Below, piece by piece: positions 42,458-54,495 of a DNA stretch of 64,000 nucleotides. The notes under the pieces are model-generated. The model was not told where the DNA came from and ran no database searches. It saw nothing but the letters and a program-made list of their open reading frames with translations. Positions within the stretch are counted from its first letter, which is position 1. Each line of letters opens with the position of its first letter. This DNA comes from Octopus vulgaris. Taxonomy: Eukaryota. Location of the stretch: contig OX597824.1 of NCBI GenBank assembly GCA_951406725.2, positions 93,186,001 to 93,250,000 on the forward strand. The letters are read 5' to 3'. Made by a program: the position numbers and the translations under genes.

Positions 42458-42818
42458 CGTAAAGTATACTAGCCATCTTAATATGGCTAACTACTAGGAG
42501 TAGGGGGTGGGGTGGTTTCTGTAGCTTTTTAGCCCCAGGAGATCATCGTCTCCAGCTGGCTTTAGACACAATCCTGTGCCCTTGAATGATATTCGCAAAG
42601 TGAGGTCATCCCCTCTCGAAAACCTAAGTGATACGCATGGACTGCAGTTTCGAGATTGTTGTCTCTTGTCAACACACGCTAATCATTGAAGGGCACAGGA
42701 TTGTGTCTAAAGCCAGCTGGAGACGATTATCTCCTGGGGCTAAAAAGCTACAGTAACACCCCCCACACACACACACACCTAGTGGTTAGCCATATTAAGA
42801 TGACTAGTATACTTTACG
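42458..42818. mobile_element. Fold-back element / MITE with about 135-bp inverted arms
   Basis: 42458-42590 is the reverse complement of 42682-42818 (e.g. ctccagctggctttagacacaatcctgtgccctt / aagggcacaggattgtgtctaaagccagctggag). Confidence 0.85.
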
Positions 42819-44020
42819 TTGTCGAGCGGTTACTGTTTACATCTCGTTCAAAGATTTATTATTGAGGTCCTTTATCAATCACCCGATTTAATATCGCAAA
42901 CTGGGTGCTGGGTAATTTAGGCGAAGTTCTTTCCGTTGCGAGCATTCAGAGCAGATCTGCAGAATATTGATAATTTTATTCTACCAGAAATGGTCAGCCT
43001 GAAAAGGTTCCTGGGTGCTGCCTTTTATTCTCCGAATAAGCTATAAAACTGATTAAATTATATACCCACGGTTTCATAACTGAACATCTAGTCCCCTTCA
43101 TATTCTATTTAAACATCAAAATAGACAGAGAAACATTCCAAGCAATTTTCACAAAGAAACATGACACCATCCTATATTAATTCTAAGATTTCTTTCTCTC
43201 TGTTTGAATTTTTACTTCGTTCTGAAAATGCGATATTAAGTACGTGGTATATTATTACAGAAAATAAACACTTTGAAAATAGAACAGAAGACTACGTTGT
43301 TAAAGTAAGACAGAAATAGACAGCGACAGAAACAATTACGCCGCTCCAAATGGAACAAATCGGTTCTTCCATACGATTTAAGAATATATCTTGTATTAGT
43401 AAATACAACATAAGCAACGAGCAAAAATGGCTGCAAGCATTCGAATTCTTCAAACAAAAAAATATTCATATTACAATAATTAATTGTAAGTTTTGGTTAT
43501 TTGAAAGTTACTGTTTTAAAAATAAATTAATAATATAGTAAGGAGAGAAACAGAAAAATGAGGTAATACGTGCAAATGTTTAACAGCATCAGAATGGTAT
43601 CTCGACGTGGTTGATTGATATGTTATAAGTAACAGTTGGATTGCACTCAAATCATATCCTTCGAGTTCCCTAACGGAGTGTGACTTCATATTATGTAGTC
43701 CTAGAAGAATCTAAAACGGCGAACTGCCACGTGAGCAGTCTATCTATTAGGTGACTTCTCAGTCAGCATTGACCTTGGGTAAAACAACAACAACAACAAT
43801 AAACTACAGGAAACCTTGAATCTTTCAAGAAGAATATTATTGAAAATTAGAAAATAGTATTGGAAGATGTGTGAGTAGAGAATAGTTAAGGAATGTAATA
43901 TAATTTTACAAAGAAATTAGCTTAGAATCTTTCAACGATGAAAGCCTAAAGACAAACCTGAGAATGAAATAGATATATAGGCGGAGATATGGTTGTGTAG
44001 TTAAGAATACAGGTATATGT

Positions 44021-44540
44021 ATGGCATTATTCAACTTCTTTCAAGATTTCTTGCAAATGGAGAAAGAACCGATTTCTCACCTAGATTCAAGGTTCCTTCA
44101 TTGGAATTTCAACATCAGCAACAGGTAATTTTTTGTGTATGTATGTATGCATGTACGCATGTATATGAATGTATGCATGTATATATGTATCTATGTCATT
44201 ATTCAGTTTATTTCAAGATTTCTTGCCTATAGAGAAAGAACTGGTTTCTAACCTTGACACAACGTTGCTTCATTGCACTTTCAACATCAACAACATATAT
44301 ACATGCATTTATGTATGTATACATGTATGTATTATGTATGTATGTATGTATGTATGTACGCATGGATTTGTGTGTATGTATGTATGTACGCATGTATGTA
44401 TATGTATGTATGTATGTATGTATGTATGGCATTATTCAGTTTATTTCAAGATTTCTTGCCAATAGAGAAAGAACCGGTTTCTAACCTAGATCCAAGGATC
44501 CTTCGTTGGGATTTCAACATCAACAACAGGGTATTTTTGT
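44021..44540. repeat. Three tandem about 110-bp units separated by (ATGT)n
   Basis: cattattca..ttcaagatttcttgc..agagaaagaac..gtttct at about 44021, 44195 and 44427. Confidence 0.85.
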
Positions 44541-44835
44541 ATGTATGTATGTATGTATGTATGTATGTATGTATGTATGCATGTATGTATGTATGTATGT
44601 ATGTATGTATGTTTGTATGCATGTATGTATGTATGCATGCATGTATGTATGCATGTATGTGTGTATGCATGTATGTATGTATGTATGCATGTATGTATGC
44701 ATGTATGTATGTATGTATGTATGTATGTATGTATGTATGTATGTATGTATGTATGTATGTATGTATGTATGTATGTATGTATGTATGCATGTATGTATGT
44801 ATGTATGTATGTATGTATGTATGTATGTATGTATG
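44540..44835. repeat. (ATGT)n microsatellite
   Basis: Directly visible. Confidence 0.95.
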
Positions 44836-45362
44836 AATGTGCAGATTTGTATGTTTTTCGTATGTCTTCTCATGCATAGAGTTGCATATCGAGACATGCT
44901 CATATATATTTAAATGATAAACTTCTGGAATGTATGTATGTATGTGTGTGAGTGTGTGTGGGTATGTTTGTATGCATGTGTATGTATGCGTGTATGTATG
45001 CACATACGTGAGTGTGTTCTTTGCCGTCTCTCTTTCTCGCACCAGCGTTTGACAACCAGTATTGGTTTATTTACATCCCTTTTACCTAATGCTGCGGCAA
45101 AATTGATCGATAGAATAAATACCAGACATAAAGTACTGAGGTCGGTTGTTTTCGATTAAACCCTTCAGGGCTTTGCTCCAGCATGGCCGTAGTCGAATAA
45201 AAGTAAAAATTATAAGATCAAAATGAGATATTGGTAATCTTAATGGAAATTCTTTTCGTGGTCGTTATATCTCTCGGCTGACTTCCAAACAAACCAGATT
45301 ATTTTCTCCATGATTCGCGATGTAATTCATGAAGGGGCCCTGAATGAAGTCCCATAAGTAAC

Positions 45363-45518
45363 TGTTATGTCGCACGTTCGGATGCCTCTACTACTCTGTT
45401 CTCTCTACTCTAGTCTCACCGCTACTCCACTCTAGTCTGACTCTGGCTTCTAGGCTTCTCCCGCTATATCTACGTATTGGGCTAGCCTACTTCATCGTCT
45501 GGGGGCGTCCACACAACA
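45363..45518. mobile_element. Solo LTR (TG...CA) with 5-bp TSD
   Basis: Termini tgttatgt / acacaaca (imperfect inverted repeat); GTAAC at 45358-45362 and 45519-45523. Confidence 0.7.
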
Positions 45519-45809
45519 GTAACAGCCATCATTAAGGGAAGAGTCAGAACTAGAGATATCAAGAAAGAGAGAAAGAAAGAGAGACAGACAGACAGAAAGG
45601 CATTGTCAGTTAGTTATGTTGAACTTCCTTCGTTATAACTTTTCTCAAGCGACGCTGTGAGGCAACAAACAGAACCACATCCACCTACACGTACATATAT
45701 TTATGACGAGCTTCAGCATAGTTTCCTAACTACCAGATTCACTCAGAAAGCATTGGTTGCACTTTGCAAGCACCTTGTTGGCTATGTTTCATTCTATAGT
45801 ATAAAATTA

Positions 45810-46055
45810 AAAGCTGGCTCTAGTCGGTCGACGCATAGAACTGAATACCTGGTTTCTATGACATAAAAGGGGGCTGAGATCCCATTTTCCCTAAACGGGG
45901 CGCCATTCCATTACAGAATTATCCGTTTACAGCTAAGGAGACTGGAGCAACGAGAAATGAAGTGTTTTTCTCAAGAGCACAATACACCGCTCGTGATCTC
46001 GAAACCGTAATCTCCCGATCGTCAGTTCAGCACACTGATCACTAGCTCACGCACT
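45810..46055 (-). mobile_element. Old tRNA-derived SINE, family D
   Basis: gactggagcaacgagaaatgaagtgtttttctcaagagcacaa. Confidence 0.6.
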
Positions 46056-46584
46056 ATTACTCATTCTACAGAATACTCTGAGGCCATCCTGAAAACGATC
46101 ATTTCTGATTATTGTTGTCCTTCGGGTGGGTCACAATGCTAATATAAACACACACAGTGCTAATGCTCCATTTTATTTTTATAACCAGTCAATTAACCAA
46201 TTTGTCGATTGATCAATTGCTTAATCGATTAGTCTGTCAAAGCCTTTTCGTTACAGTCACTGACCTTATCGATAGTTATTCGCCGTAAGCAAATCTTTCA
46301 CCTCAGCATCTTTTCATGTTTACTCGCCTCGCAGATCTTGTGGCAAGGTACTTCTTATATCTTCTGTTCATAAAATAGCCATAACGTATAATTTATTATT
46401 TAATGCGAATGTTCTTTGTTTGAAGAATTTCTATAATTGAAGTCGCCTTTGTTGATTGCTTATGTTATATTAACTCATAAAAGATGTCTAGTTAAATATT
46501 AAATATTGTAGAAGAAGCGACTATGAGTATAGAAGGCAAAAAGTTCAGTACTTCTGGAAATCTAGGTATAAAATCTAGCTATAA

Positions 46585-46950
46585 ACAGGAATAGTTTTGT
46601 GGTTAAAAAGCTCGCTTTGTAACTAGGTGATTCCGTTTCAATTCCACTGCGCAATATCTTCCACAAGGCTCTTCGTTTATAACTACATTCCAACCTATGT
46701 TTTCTTAATTAATCTGGTAGAAGGAAACTGTGCGGAAACTCGTCATAAATATATATACGTATGTGCGTGTGCAACCGGTGTTGGCTTATTTGCTTTGCCG
46801 TAGTTTAGCAGTTCGTCAAAGATAATTAAAAGATAAGTGTCAGGTTTTACAAAATGACTACTAGGGTTTGTTTGTTTGTTCCATTAAAGCATTCAATCGC
46901 GTGCCCCAGCATGGCCGCAGTCCAATAACCGAAACAATTGAAAGGTAAGA
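46585..46950 (+). mobile_element. Diverged family B SINE
   Basis: gtttcaattccactgcgc...tggtagaaggaaactgtgcggaaactcgtc...ccccagcatggccgcagtcc. Confidence 0.65.
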
Positions 46951-47454
46951 GGTCCACATAAGTATCTCCACCTCTGTAAGTATGTTATGAAATTATAACC
47001 CAGCTACAGATCTTTTTTCCGTAACAGCAGAGTGGTAAAACTGACATTTCAGTACAGAATAATTATTCTAATATTAATGTGAAAATTTCAACGTTTTACA
47101 CAAACGTAGTTATTGAATGAAAAGCGACATATCTTATAAGAATTGAGTCCGGATACGTATTTGTAATTAGCAAAACTTTTATGATATATGGTCGCTTTTG
47201 TAAAAACTGAGTGATAACTTTCTTGTAAGCATGGACATAAGCACGTTCTCGAAAATAACAAGACAGAAATTCGACGGTCATTAAGTGTTGCTAGAATCTT
47301 ATTGCAAAATATTTCTAACAAGGTATACCTCTCTCTGCACGCTTTTCAAAATATATCATGTTGTCTGTAACTTAAGAAATGTGATTGCAGAATGTGTCTC
47401 ATAAATAATTAATAATGGTACTAGTTATTATTATTATTCTTATTATCAATATTG

Positions 47455-47824
<370 letters not shown>

Positions 47825-48040
47825 AAAGCGGCGAGCTGGCAGAATCGTTACTGCAGCGCACAGAATATTTAGCATCATTTCTTGCAACTTAACGTTGTGA
47901 GTTCAAATGCCACCGAAGTCGGTTTTGCGTTTCATCCTTTCGCAGTCAATAAAAATACGTACCAGTGCCGCACTGGGGTAATTCTAATCGACTTACCCCT
48001 CACCCGAAATTGCTGGCCCTCCTCCAGAATCTAAAACCGT
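47825..48040 (+). mobile_element. Family A SINE, tail C
   Basis: gcggcgagctggcagaatcg head and core. Confidence 0.8.
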
Positions 48041-48247
48041 TATTACGACTGTTATTTCTTGTCATTGTTCTATGTCGCCTACGTCTTGTCTGACTTTCAT
48101 TCGTCCTCACGCTTTCTGCTCTTCTCTCTTTCCCATGTCTCTCAAACCAATACACATAGAAGATATCTTACAGCAGATTGAAAATTTTTACGAACATCTC
48201 GGAGCCAGATGATGTTGTTAAACAGAGTGACAGATGAATTCTGTTAC

Positions 48248-48327
<80 letters not shown>

Positions 48328-48880
48328 GAGTGAGGGAGCAGTTCATGCCATCAAAGTGACACTGGGGTAAAATATACGAAGCCCAGTATACCCATCATGA
48401 CTACCCGTCTGATAAGGGTACACCAGGCACATGCATCACAACCATATGTGCGCGACATGGTGATCTCATATCAAGATAAACAGCACATGACCTTGCAGGT
48501 GGGGCCCAGTTAGAAATTTCTTCAGGTTGAGTAGCCCATCCCGCTCAAAAGGTCCCTGAATAAGGGTTGTTTAAGGATGTTGAAAGAACCACCCATGTTT
48601 CCAGAGGTGAATTATTCAAACCCCAAAGAATCCCTCTCAACACATGGCTATGATACTTCCCCACTACTTCTGCTCGTGATCAGAGATGCACATATCGTCA
48701 GCCACTAAGGGACATGGTCAACTGGTTAAGGTCAAACGACTGACAAGCAAATTTGTGGTATTGAGCAGAATATTTGCTGTAGCCCATCTTTTATACCAAG
48801 ACAAAACAATGTACATGATAACACTTCCAATCAGTTAAGATCAGAAGTCATGAGAGCCATTGCCTGGTACTGCATCAGGG

Positions 48881-48881
<1 letters not shown>
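48328..48881 (-). mobile_element. About 555-bp non-coding element embedded in (TAA)n
   Basis: Highly similar to 50211-50762; both ends abut (ATT)n. Strand inferred from the truncated copy at 7027. Confidence 0.85.
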
Positions 48882-48956
<75 letters not shown>

Positions 48957-48969
48957 ATTATTATTATTA

Positions 48970-49214
48970 TTCAGGTCACTGCCTGGAATTGAACTCCGAA
49001 TCTTGGGGTTAGTAGCCCGCGCTCTTAACCACTACTTGCCCGTAGGCAATTATGGAGTGTATTTTTAGGGCTTATAAATCTAATGGAAGGATAGTTAAAT
49101 ATTAGATTTATAAGCCCTAAAAATGCAATCCATAATTGCCTATATGGTGTAGTGGTTAAGAGCGCGGACTACTAACCCAGAGATTCCGAGTTCGATTCCA
49201 GGCAGTGACCTGAA
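48970..49214. repeat. 245-bp palindrome of two head-to-head tRNA-like sequences
   Basis: Arms 48970-49084 and 49101-49214, 16-nt loop; A box tggtgtagtgg at 49145-49155, B box gagttcgattcc at 49188-49199. Confidence 0.88.
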
Positions 49215-49238
49215 AACTAATAATAACAGGTTCGAAAT

Positions 49239-49280
49239 TTGATGAAGGCTGGAAGGTGTATCCGCCGAAACGTTCTGTTA
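49239..49280 (+). ncRNA. Degenerate minimal hammerhead motif (5' strand of stem I deleted)
   Basis: tTGATGA-a-ggctgga..tccgcc-GAAAC-GTT; homologous to 49953-49998 (-). Confidence 0.5.
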
Positions 49281-49317
49281 ACAACAAACAAGATGAGGAC
49301 AAATATCCATCAAATTG

Positions 49318-49645
49318 TACCAACTGGTGCTTGGGAAAAAAATTAGTCTATAGATGTTTGGTAACAGCTGGTAGACACATATTCTATGACATTGGTTCTT
49401 GTGCTACGGACTTCAATACAAGAGATTATAATTGCCTATAAGAGAGAATTACACCTCTTTAAGTAAATCTATTTGGATTTATTATAGATGTACAACTATA
49501 GATGTACTTATTATGATATAAAATAGCCCATCATGCTTTTCTAAATATGTGACCTTTACCAAGAAAAGATATTCCATATCTCTATTTCCAAGTTCAGTTT
49601 AAAGGATTCTAGTAATGAATTAGCACTTAAATGTACTCATCTCTT
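49318..49645 (+). pseudogene. Penelope-like element GIY-YIG endonuclease remnant
   Basis: WCLGKKLVYRCLVT...YDIGSCATDFNTRDYN, then TSLSKSIWI, ICDLYQEK and SNELALKCTH, collinear with the PLE GIY-YIG C-terminal pattern. Confidence 0.7.
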
Positions 49646-49869
49646 TAGAAAAACATTTAAACATTTCCCTAATAAGTATTATAATGACCAGTGAGACAAT
49701 ATATGAGAGCTGTAGACCATTTGTTCAAGTATTGTAAATATACAACTGATATATTACAGATATGCTTAAGTAGAATGGAATAATTCTTTTAAGCCATCAG
49801 GAAATGGTATTGCTATCATTGTTATTGTTGTTGTTGTTCTTTTTGTTTTTGTTATCATCCTTATTAGTA

Positions 49870-50045
49870 TTCCATTCCTATATTTAAAACGTGGAATTAT
49901 GTACATTATTTACATTATTTCACGGATATTTGTCCTCATCTTGTTTGTTATTAACACAACGTTTCGGCTGATATACCCTCCAGCCTTCATCATGTGTCCT
50001 GGGGAAATTTCGAACCTGGGTTCTCATTCCTAAGGTATTTTTTAA
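49870..50045 (-). mobile_element. Hammerhead-bearing repeat, second copy
   Basis: gacac-aTGATGA-a-ggctg(gagggtatat)cagcc-GAAAC-GTT-gtgtt at 49953-49998, followed by the same aacaaacaagatgaggacaaatatcc tail as 49283-49308. Confidence 0.75.
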
Positions 50046-50049
50046 ATGT

Positions 50050-50127
50050 TGCTTCGTGTGATGCTCCGTTGATTACTGTATTAAAATAATTTTATGTAGG
50101 ATATGTGCAATGCCTAGTAATGCTATA
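50050..50127 (-). mobile_element. Tiny R4/Dong-like 3' fragment
   Basis: IALLGIAHILHKIILIQ* resembles the RLE C-terminal ALLGTA.IL.K motif; abuts (TAA)n. Confidence 0.55.
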
Positions 50128-50133
50128 TTATTA

Positions 50134-50210
<77 letters not shown>

Positions 50211-50762
50211 GAGTGAGATTGCAGTGCATGCCATCAAAGTGGCACTAGGGTAAAATATACGAAGCCCAGTATACACGTCGTGACTACCCGTCTAACAAGG
50301 GTACATCAGACACATGCATCACAACCATATGTGTGCGACATGGTGATCTCATATCAAGCTAAACAGCGCATGACCTTGCAGGTGGGGCCCAGTTAGAATT
50401 TTCTTCAGGTCGAGTAACCCATCCCACTCGAAAGGTTCCTGAATAAGGGTTGTTTAAGGATGTTGAACGAAACACCCATGTTTGCAGAGGTGAATTATTC
50501 AAACCCCAAAGAATCCCTCAACACATGTCTATGATGCTCCCCCACTACTTCTGCTCGTGATCAGAGATGCATATATCGTCAGCCACAAAGGGACATGCTC
50601 AACTGTTTAAGGTCAAACAACTGACAAGCAAATCTGTGGTATTGAGCAGAATATTTGCTGTAGCCCATCTTTTATACCAAGACAAAACAACGTACATGAT
50701 AACACTTCCAATCAGTTAAGATCAGAAGCCATGAGAGCCACTGCCTGGTACTGTATCAGGAC
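50211..50762 (-). mobile_element. About 555-bp non-coding element embedded in (TAA)n
   Basis: Second full copy. Confidence 0.85.
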
Positions 50763-50771
50763 ATTTATACT

Positions 50772-51042
<271 letters not shown>

Positions 51043-52032
51043 TCTTAATTCTTCCGTTAATATTCATCCCAATCTTTCTTGCCTTTTAATTTCAGTGAAA
51101 TTCTTTAAAATAATTAAGATTATCAAAAAGTATATTCTGATTCCACTGACCGCACTATTAACAGTTTTAACAGTTTTGTATTCTCTTGGTGCTTAGAATT
51201 ATGTCTAACTTTCTGGGTCTCTTATCTATTGATTTATCAATTTATTTTATCGTGATTTATTTATTAATTTATATGTCGGTTCTTATTTATTTGTATATAT
51301 GTATTTTTTTCTCCTTTGAAATCCTGCTTTAGGGTTATATTTTACGCATTGAAATTATTTTTTAATCTTATCATTAAAATATTTTTTCTTCGTTTCTTGA
51401 TTTATAATGAAATGTATCTATTCTCAAGGAAGTACTAGTTCTCCTCAAGAAATGACTATTTATTTTATACTGATTAAAGTTACCAATGTTTTTCCTTAAA
51501 ACCGTAACTCTCCTGTTCCCCACGCTGTTATCTTTCCCGTTCATTAGCCTCAGTTATTGATGGGTAAAGTTATCTTACCTGTATTAGGCGTTGTTGATAT
51601 AGCTCACAATACAATCACGTTTTCTACGTTTTATTAAACTTAGCTTGATTATATATATATATATACAACAGGAACTCTTGTCATATCATATTTCATTATC
51701 TTCTTTGCATTTCTATACTATCCACACTCAATATTCTACTTCCCTGCATACAGTATGGGTTGGTCATTTATCAATATCTCTACATCCAGATTAATCTCAT
51801 TTCTATAATCTTCCAAAATGAAGGTGCACATTAATTATATGCTTGCGTCTGCTCTTTTTTTAAGATCTATGTAATACTATACTCCGTCTACAGAGCATTA
51901 GAGAGTTATGCAACTGTAACGTATCAGAAACGTACGTTGACTTATTATATTTATATTTATATAAATTATCAATTAAAGATGTGTAAATAACCTTCCTTCT
52001 TTGAATTTTTGTAGATACACACACACTCTCAT

Positions 52033-52590
52033 ATGTATGTATGAGTGTGTGCATATATGTATGCATGTATGTACGTATGTATGTATGTATTATGTATGTA
52101 TGTATGTATTTATGTAGTAAGTATGTATGTATGTGTGTATGTATGTATGTGTGTGTATGTATGTATGTATGCATGTATGTATGCATGTATGTATGCATGC
52201 ATGTATGTATGTATGTATTTATGTAGTATGTATGTATGTATGTATGTATGTATGTATTTATGTAGTATGTATGTATGCATGTATGTATGTATGTATGTAT
52301 GCATGCATGTATGTATGTATTTATGTAGTATGTATGTATGCATGTATGTATGCATGTATGCGTGTATGTATGTATGTATGTATTTATGTAGTATGTATGT
52401 ATGCATGTATGTATGCATGTATGCATGTATGTATGCATGTATGTATGTATGTATGTATGTATGTATGTATTTATGCAGTATGTATGTATGCATGTATGTA
52501 TGCATGTATGTATGCATGTATGTATGTATGTATGTATTTATGTAGTATGTATGCATGTATGTATGTATGTATGTATGTATGTATGTATGT
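52033..52590. repeat. (ATGT)n array with a recurring ttatgtagt variant
   Basis: Directly visible. Confidence 0.9.
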
Positions 52591-52795
52591 TGGCACTTTT
52601 TCTCCTCCTTTTTCTCTTGGACTCTCCTATGTCTCCGATGAGACATATGTTTCCGATGAAGCGCTTTGCTCGAAACGTAAAACAGCCACTCTATCCTCCT
52701 CTGAGCGTCTTATTTATACTTTGAATGTACCACGTACTCGCGTTCTTGATTTTGTCTTGTCTTTTTCTCCGTTTTATTTTATTAATTCATTATTT
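52591..52795 (+). mobile_element. Hammerhead-like repeat, same family as 657-860
   Basis: tgttt-CCGATGA-a-gcgc(ttt)gctc-GAAAC-GTA-aaaca at 52648-52684; downstream ctgagcgtc...ccacgtactcgcgtt is shared with the 657-860 copy. Confidence 0.6.
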
Positions 52796-52842
52796 TTATG
52801 TGTGTGCGTGTGTGTGTGTATGTATGTATATATATATATATG

Positions 52843-52909
<67 letters not shown>

Positions 52910-52910
52910 G

Positions 52911-53294
52911 TACACTTGCGTCAGAAATTAATTAGCACTTCTCAAATTTCTACATTAAATAGGTTAAATCAATTGACCTATGAGCTGTTCAAAACGTCTT
53001 ACGCAATGAGAAAACTTAGTATGGTGTGATTTCGGTCCTTGCGAGGCGCTACCTATATCTATTAAACAAAGGGAGATTTGTCTGCATCCGCACTCCAAGT
53101 TGTTGTTGCACTGCTATGTCAACATCATAAGGCTGTAGACTCTCAAACTGCTCTGCAAACAAAGTTACGTCATCGTTCTGTGCAACAGTGAACTCGCAAC
53201 AAAGCAATAGTTCGAGATATGGCCACTAGGTGACAGCACATACCTTGAGTAAAGAGCAAATCAAGGGTGCTAATTAATTTCTGACGGTAGTGTA
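52911..53294. mobile_element. Tc1/mariner-type MITE
   Basis: TA-CACTTGCGTCAGAAATTAATTAGCAC ... GTGCTAATTAATTTCTGACGGTAGTG-TA: 26-bp TIRs with 2 mismatches and TA TSD. Confidence 0.88.
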
Positions 53295-53298
53295 TGTA

Positions 53299-53331
<33 letters not shown>

Positions 53332-53378
53332 ATATGCATATAGATACCTATATACATGCATATTAATAACCATATATG

Positions 53379-54495
53379 TACAAGATATGAATAAATTTTC
53401 TAAATTAAAGTCAAATATGAAAATAATTGACATCTCATTTTAACAGATATATTTAGCAAAATTACATTAATATATCATGAAATACTGAAGAGTAAATTTA
53501 TTCAATAAAATCGTTATTGGCTTCAGACGACTTCGGAATCTCCTGCAACTCTTCTGGACTGTCTCCTTGTCTAAGCTGGCGAATGCTGCCATAATCCTTG
53601 CCTTCATCTTTAGTGTTACAAGGAGTTTTGTTGGACTCCCGCTCAACTGCATCCCACACATAAATAATCAAGAGGATTGCAGTCTGGGGAGTTAGGTGGC
53701 CAGATGTTAGGAGTGATGTGGTCCCAGATATTGTCTGACAGGGATCACCTGCTTGTGTGACATTGTGCAGTGTCTTGTTGCCAGACATAGGGTCTTCCAG
53801 CAGCCACCCTCTTTACCCAGGGCAAAACTCGTTGACTGGATGTTTGGCTTTTTATTATTCTCGGTACATGCTTTGGGGACACGGCAAATCAGTAGTCTTA
53901 CTGTTTGTTCACCATCTTATCTTGGTAGAAATCTTTCTCGTCTGAGGAAAACCAATGCGTGTTCGGTTGAAGGGGGTGCTTGAGTTTATTCAAAAGCCTC
54001 GTAGCGCGGTCTTTCTTGGGATAAACATTGGCCCTTTCTCATCTTGTATGAGGAATACGGAATGTCTTCATGCACTACCCCTCCCTTACAAAACCCAGAA
54101 ACTCTCATGTCCCTGGCGATGAACATGTTTGACTTGGAGGGATCTTTGTCAATCATGGCCTGGAACTCAACAACAAATTCAGGAGTCCTCTTCTTATCAG
54201 AACCACCAGAGTGAGTATTCCAAGCTGCCGTACCTTCGTAATCACCATTAGATTAATCAAAATCTTTCCGAATCCTTTGCACTGTCACCCAAACACTCTT
54301 AAATGTTCGTGTTGGAGTTTCTGGCGCGAATGTCAAGCAGTACACCATGTCCTTTCCAAATTTTTGTCATAGTGAATTGCATCATGATGTTGTTTGCCTC
54401 AAAGTCGGTTCCCAACTAACATTACTATACTGCAATGCGCATGCACAAAATTAAAAATATAAAGTGGCGACTATTTACCCATCGCACGTTCCACA
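53379..54495 (-). mobile_element. Decayed maT (DD37D-like) Tc1/mariner transposon
   Basis: RPYVWQQDTAQCHTSR*...WPPNSPDCNPLDY..VWDAVERE..KARIMAAF. D-D spacing is 34 in this damaged copy, so DD37D is inferred from motif style only. Confidence 0.8.

Noticed and set aside
49143-49212. Functional tRNA gene
   Set aside because: A and B boxes are present, but there is no proper acceptor stem or T-run terminator; it is part of a repeat. The same applies to the SINE heads at 41987 and 62275.
48328-50762. Two 555-bp direct repeats read as the LTRs of one retrotransposon
   Set aside because: No TG..CA ends, PBS/PPT or gag/pol between them; each sits in its own ATT array and a third copy lies elsewhere.
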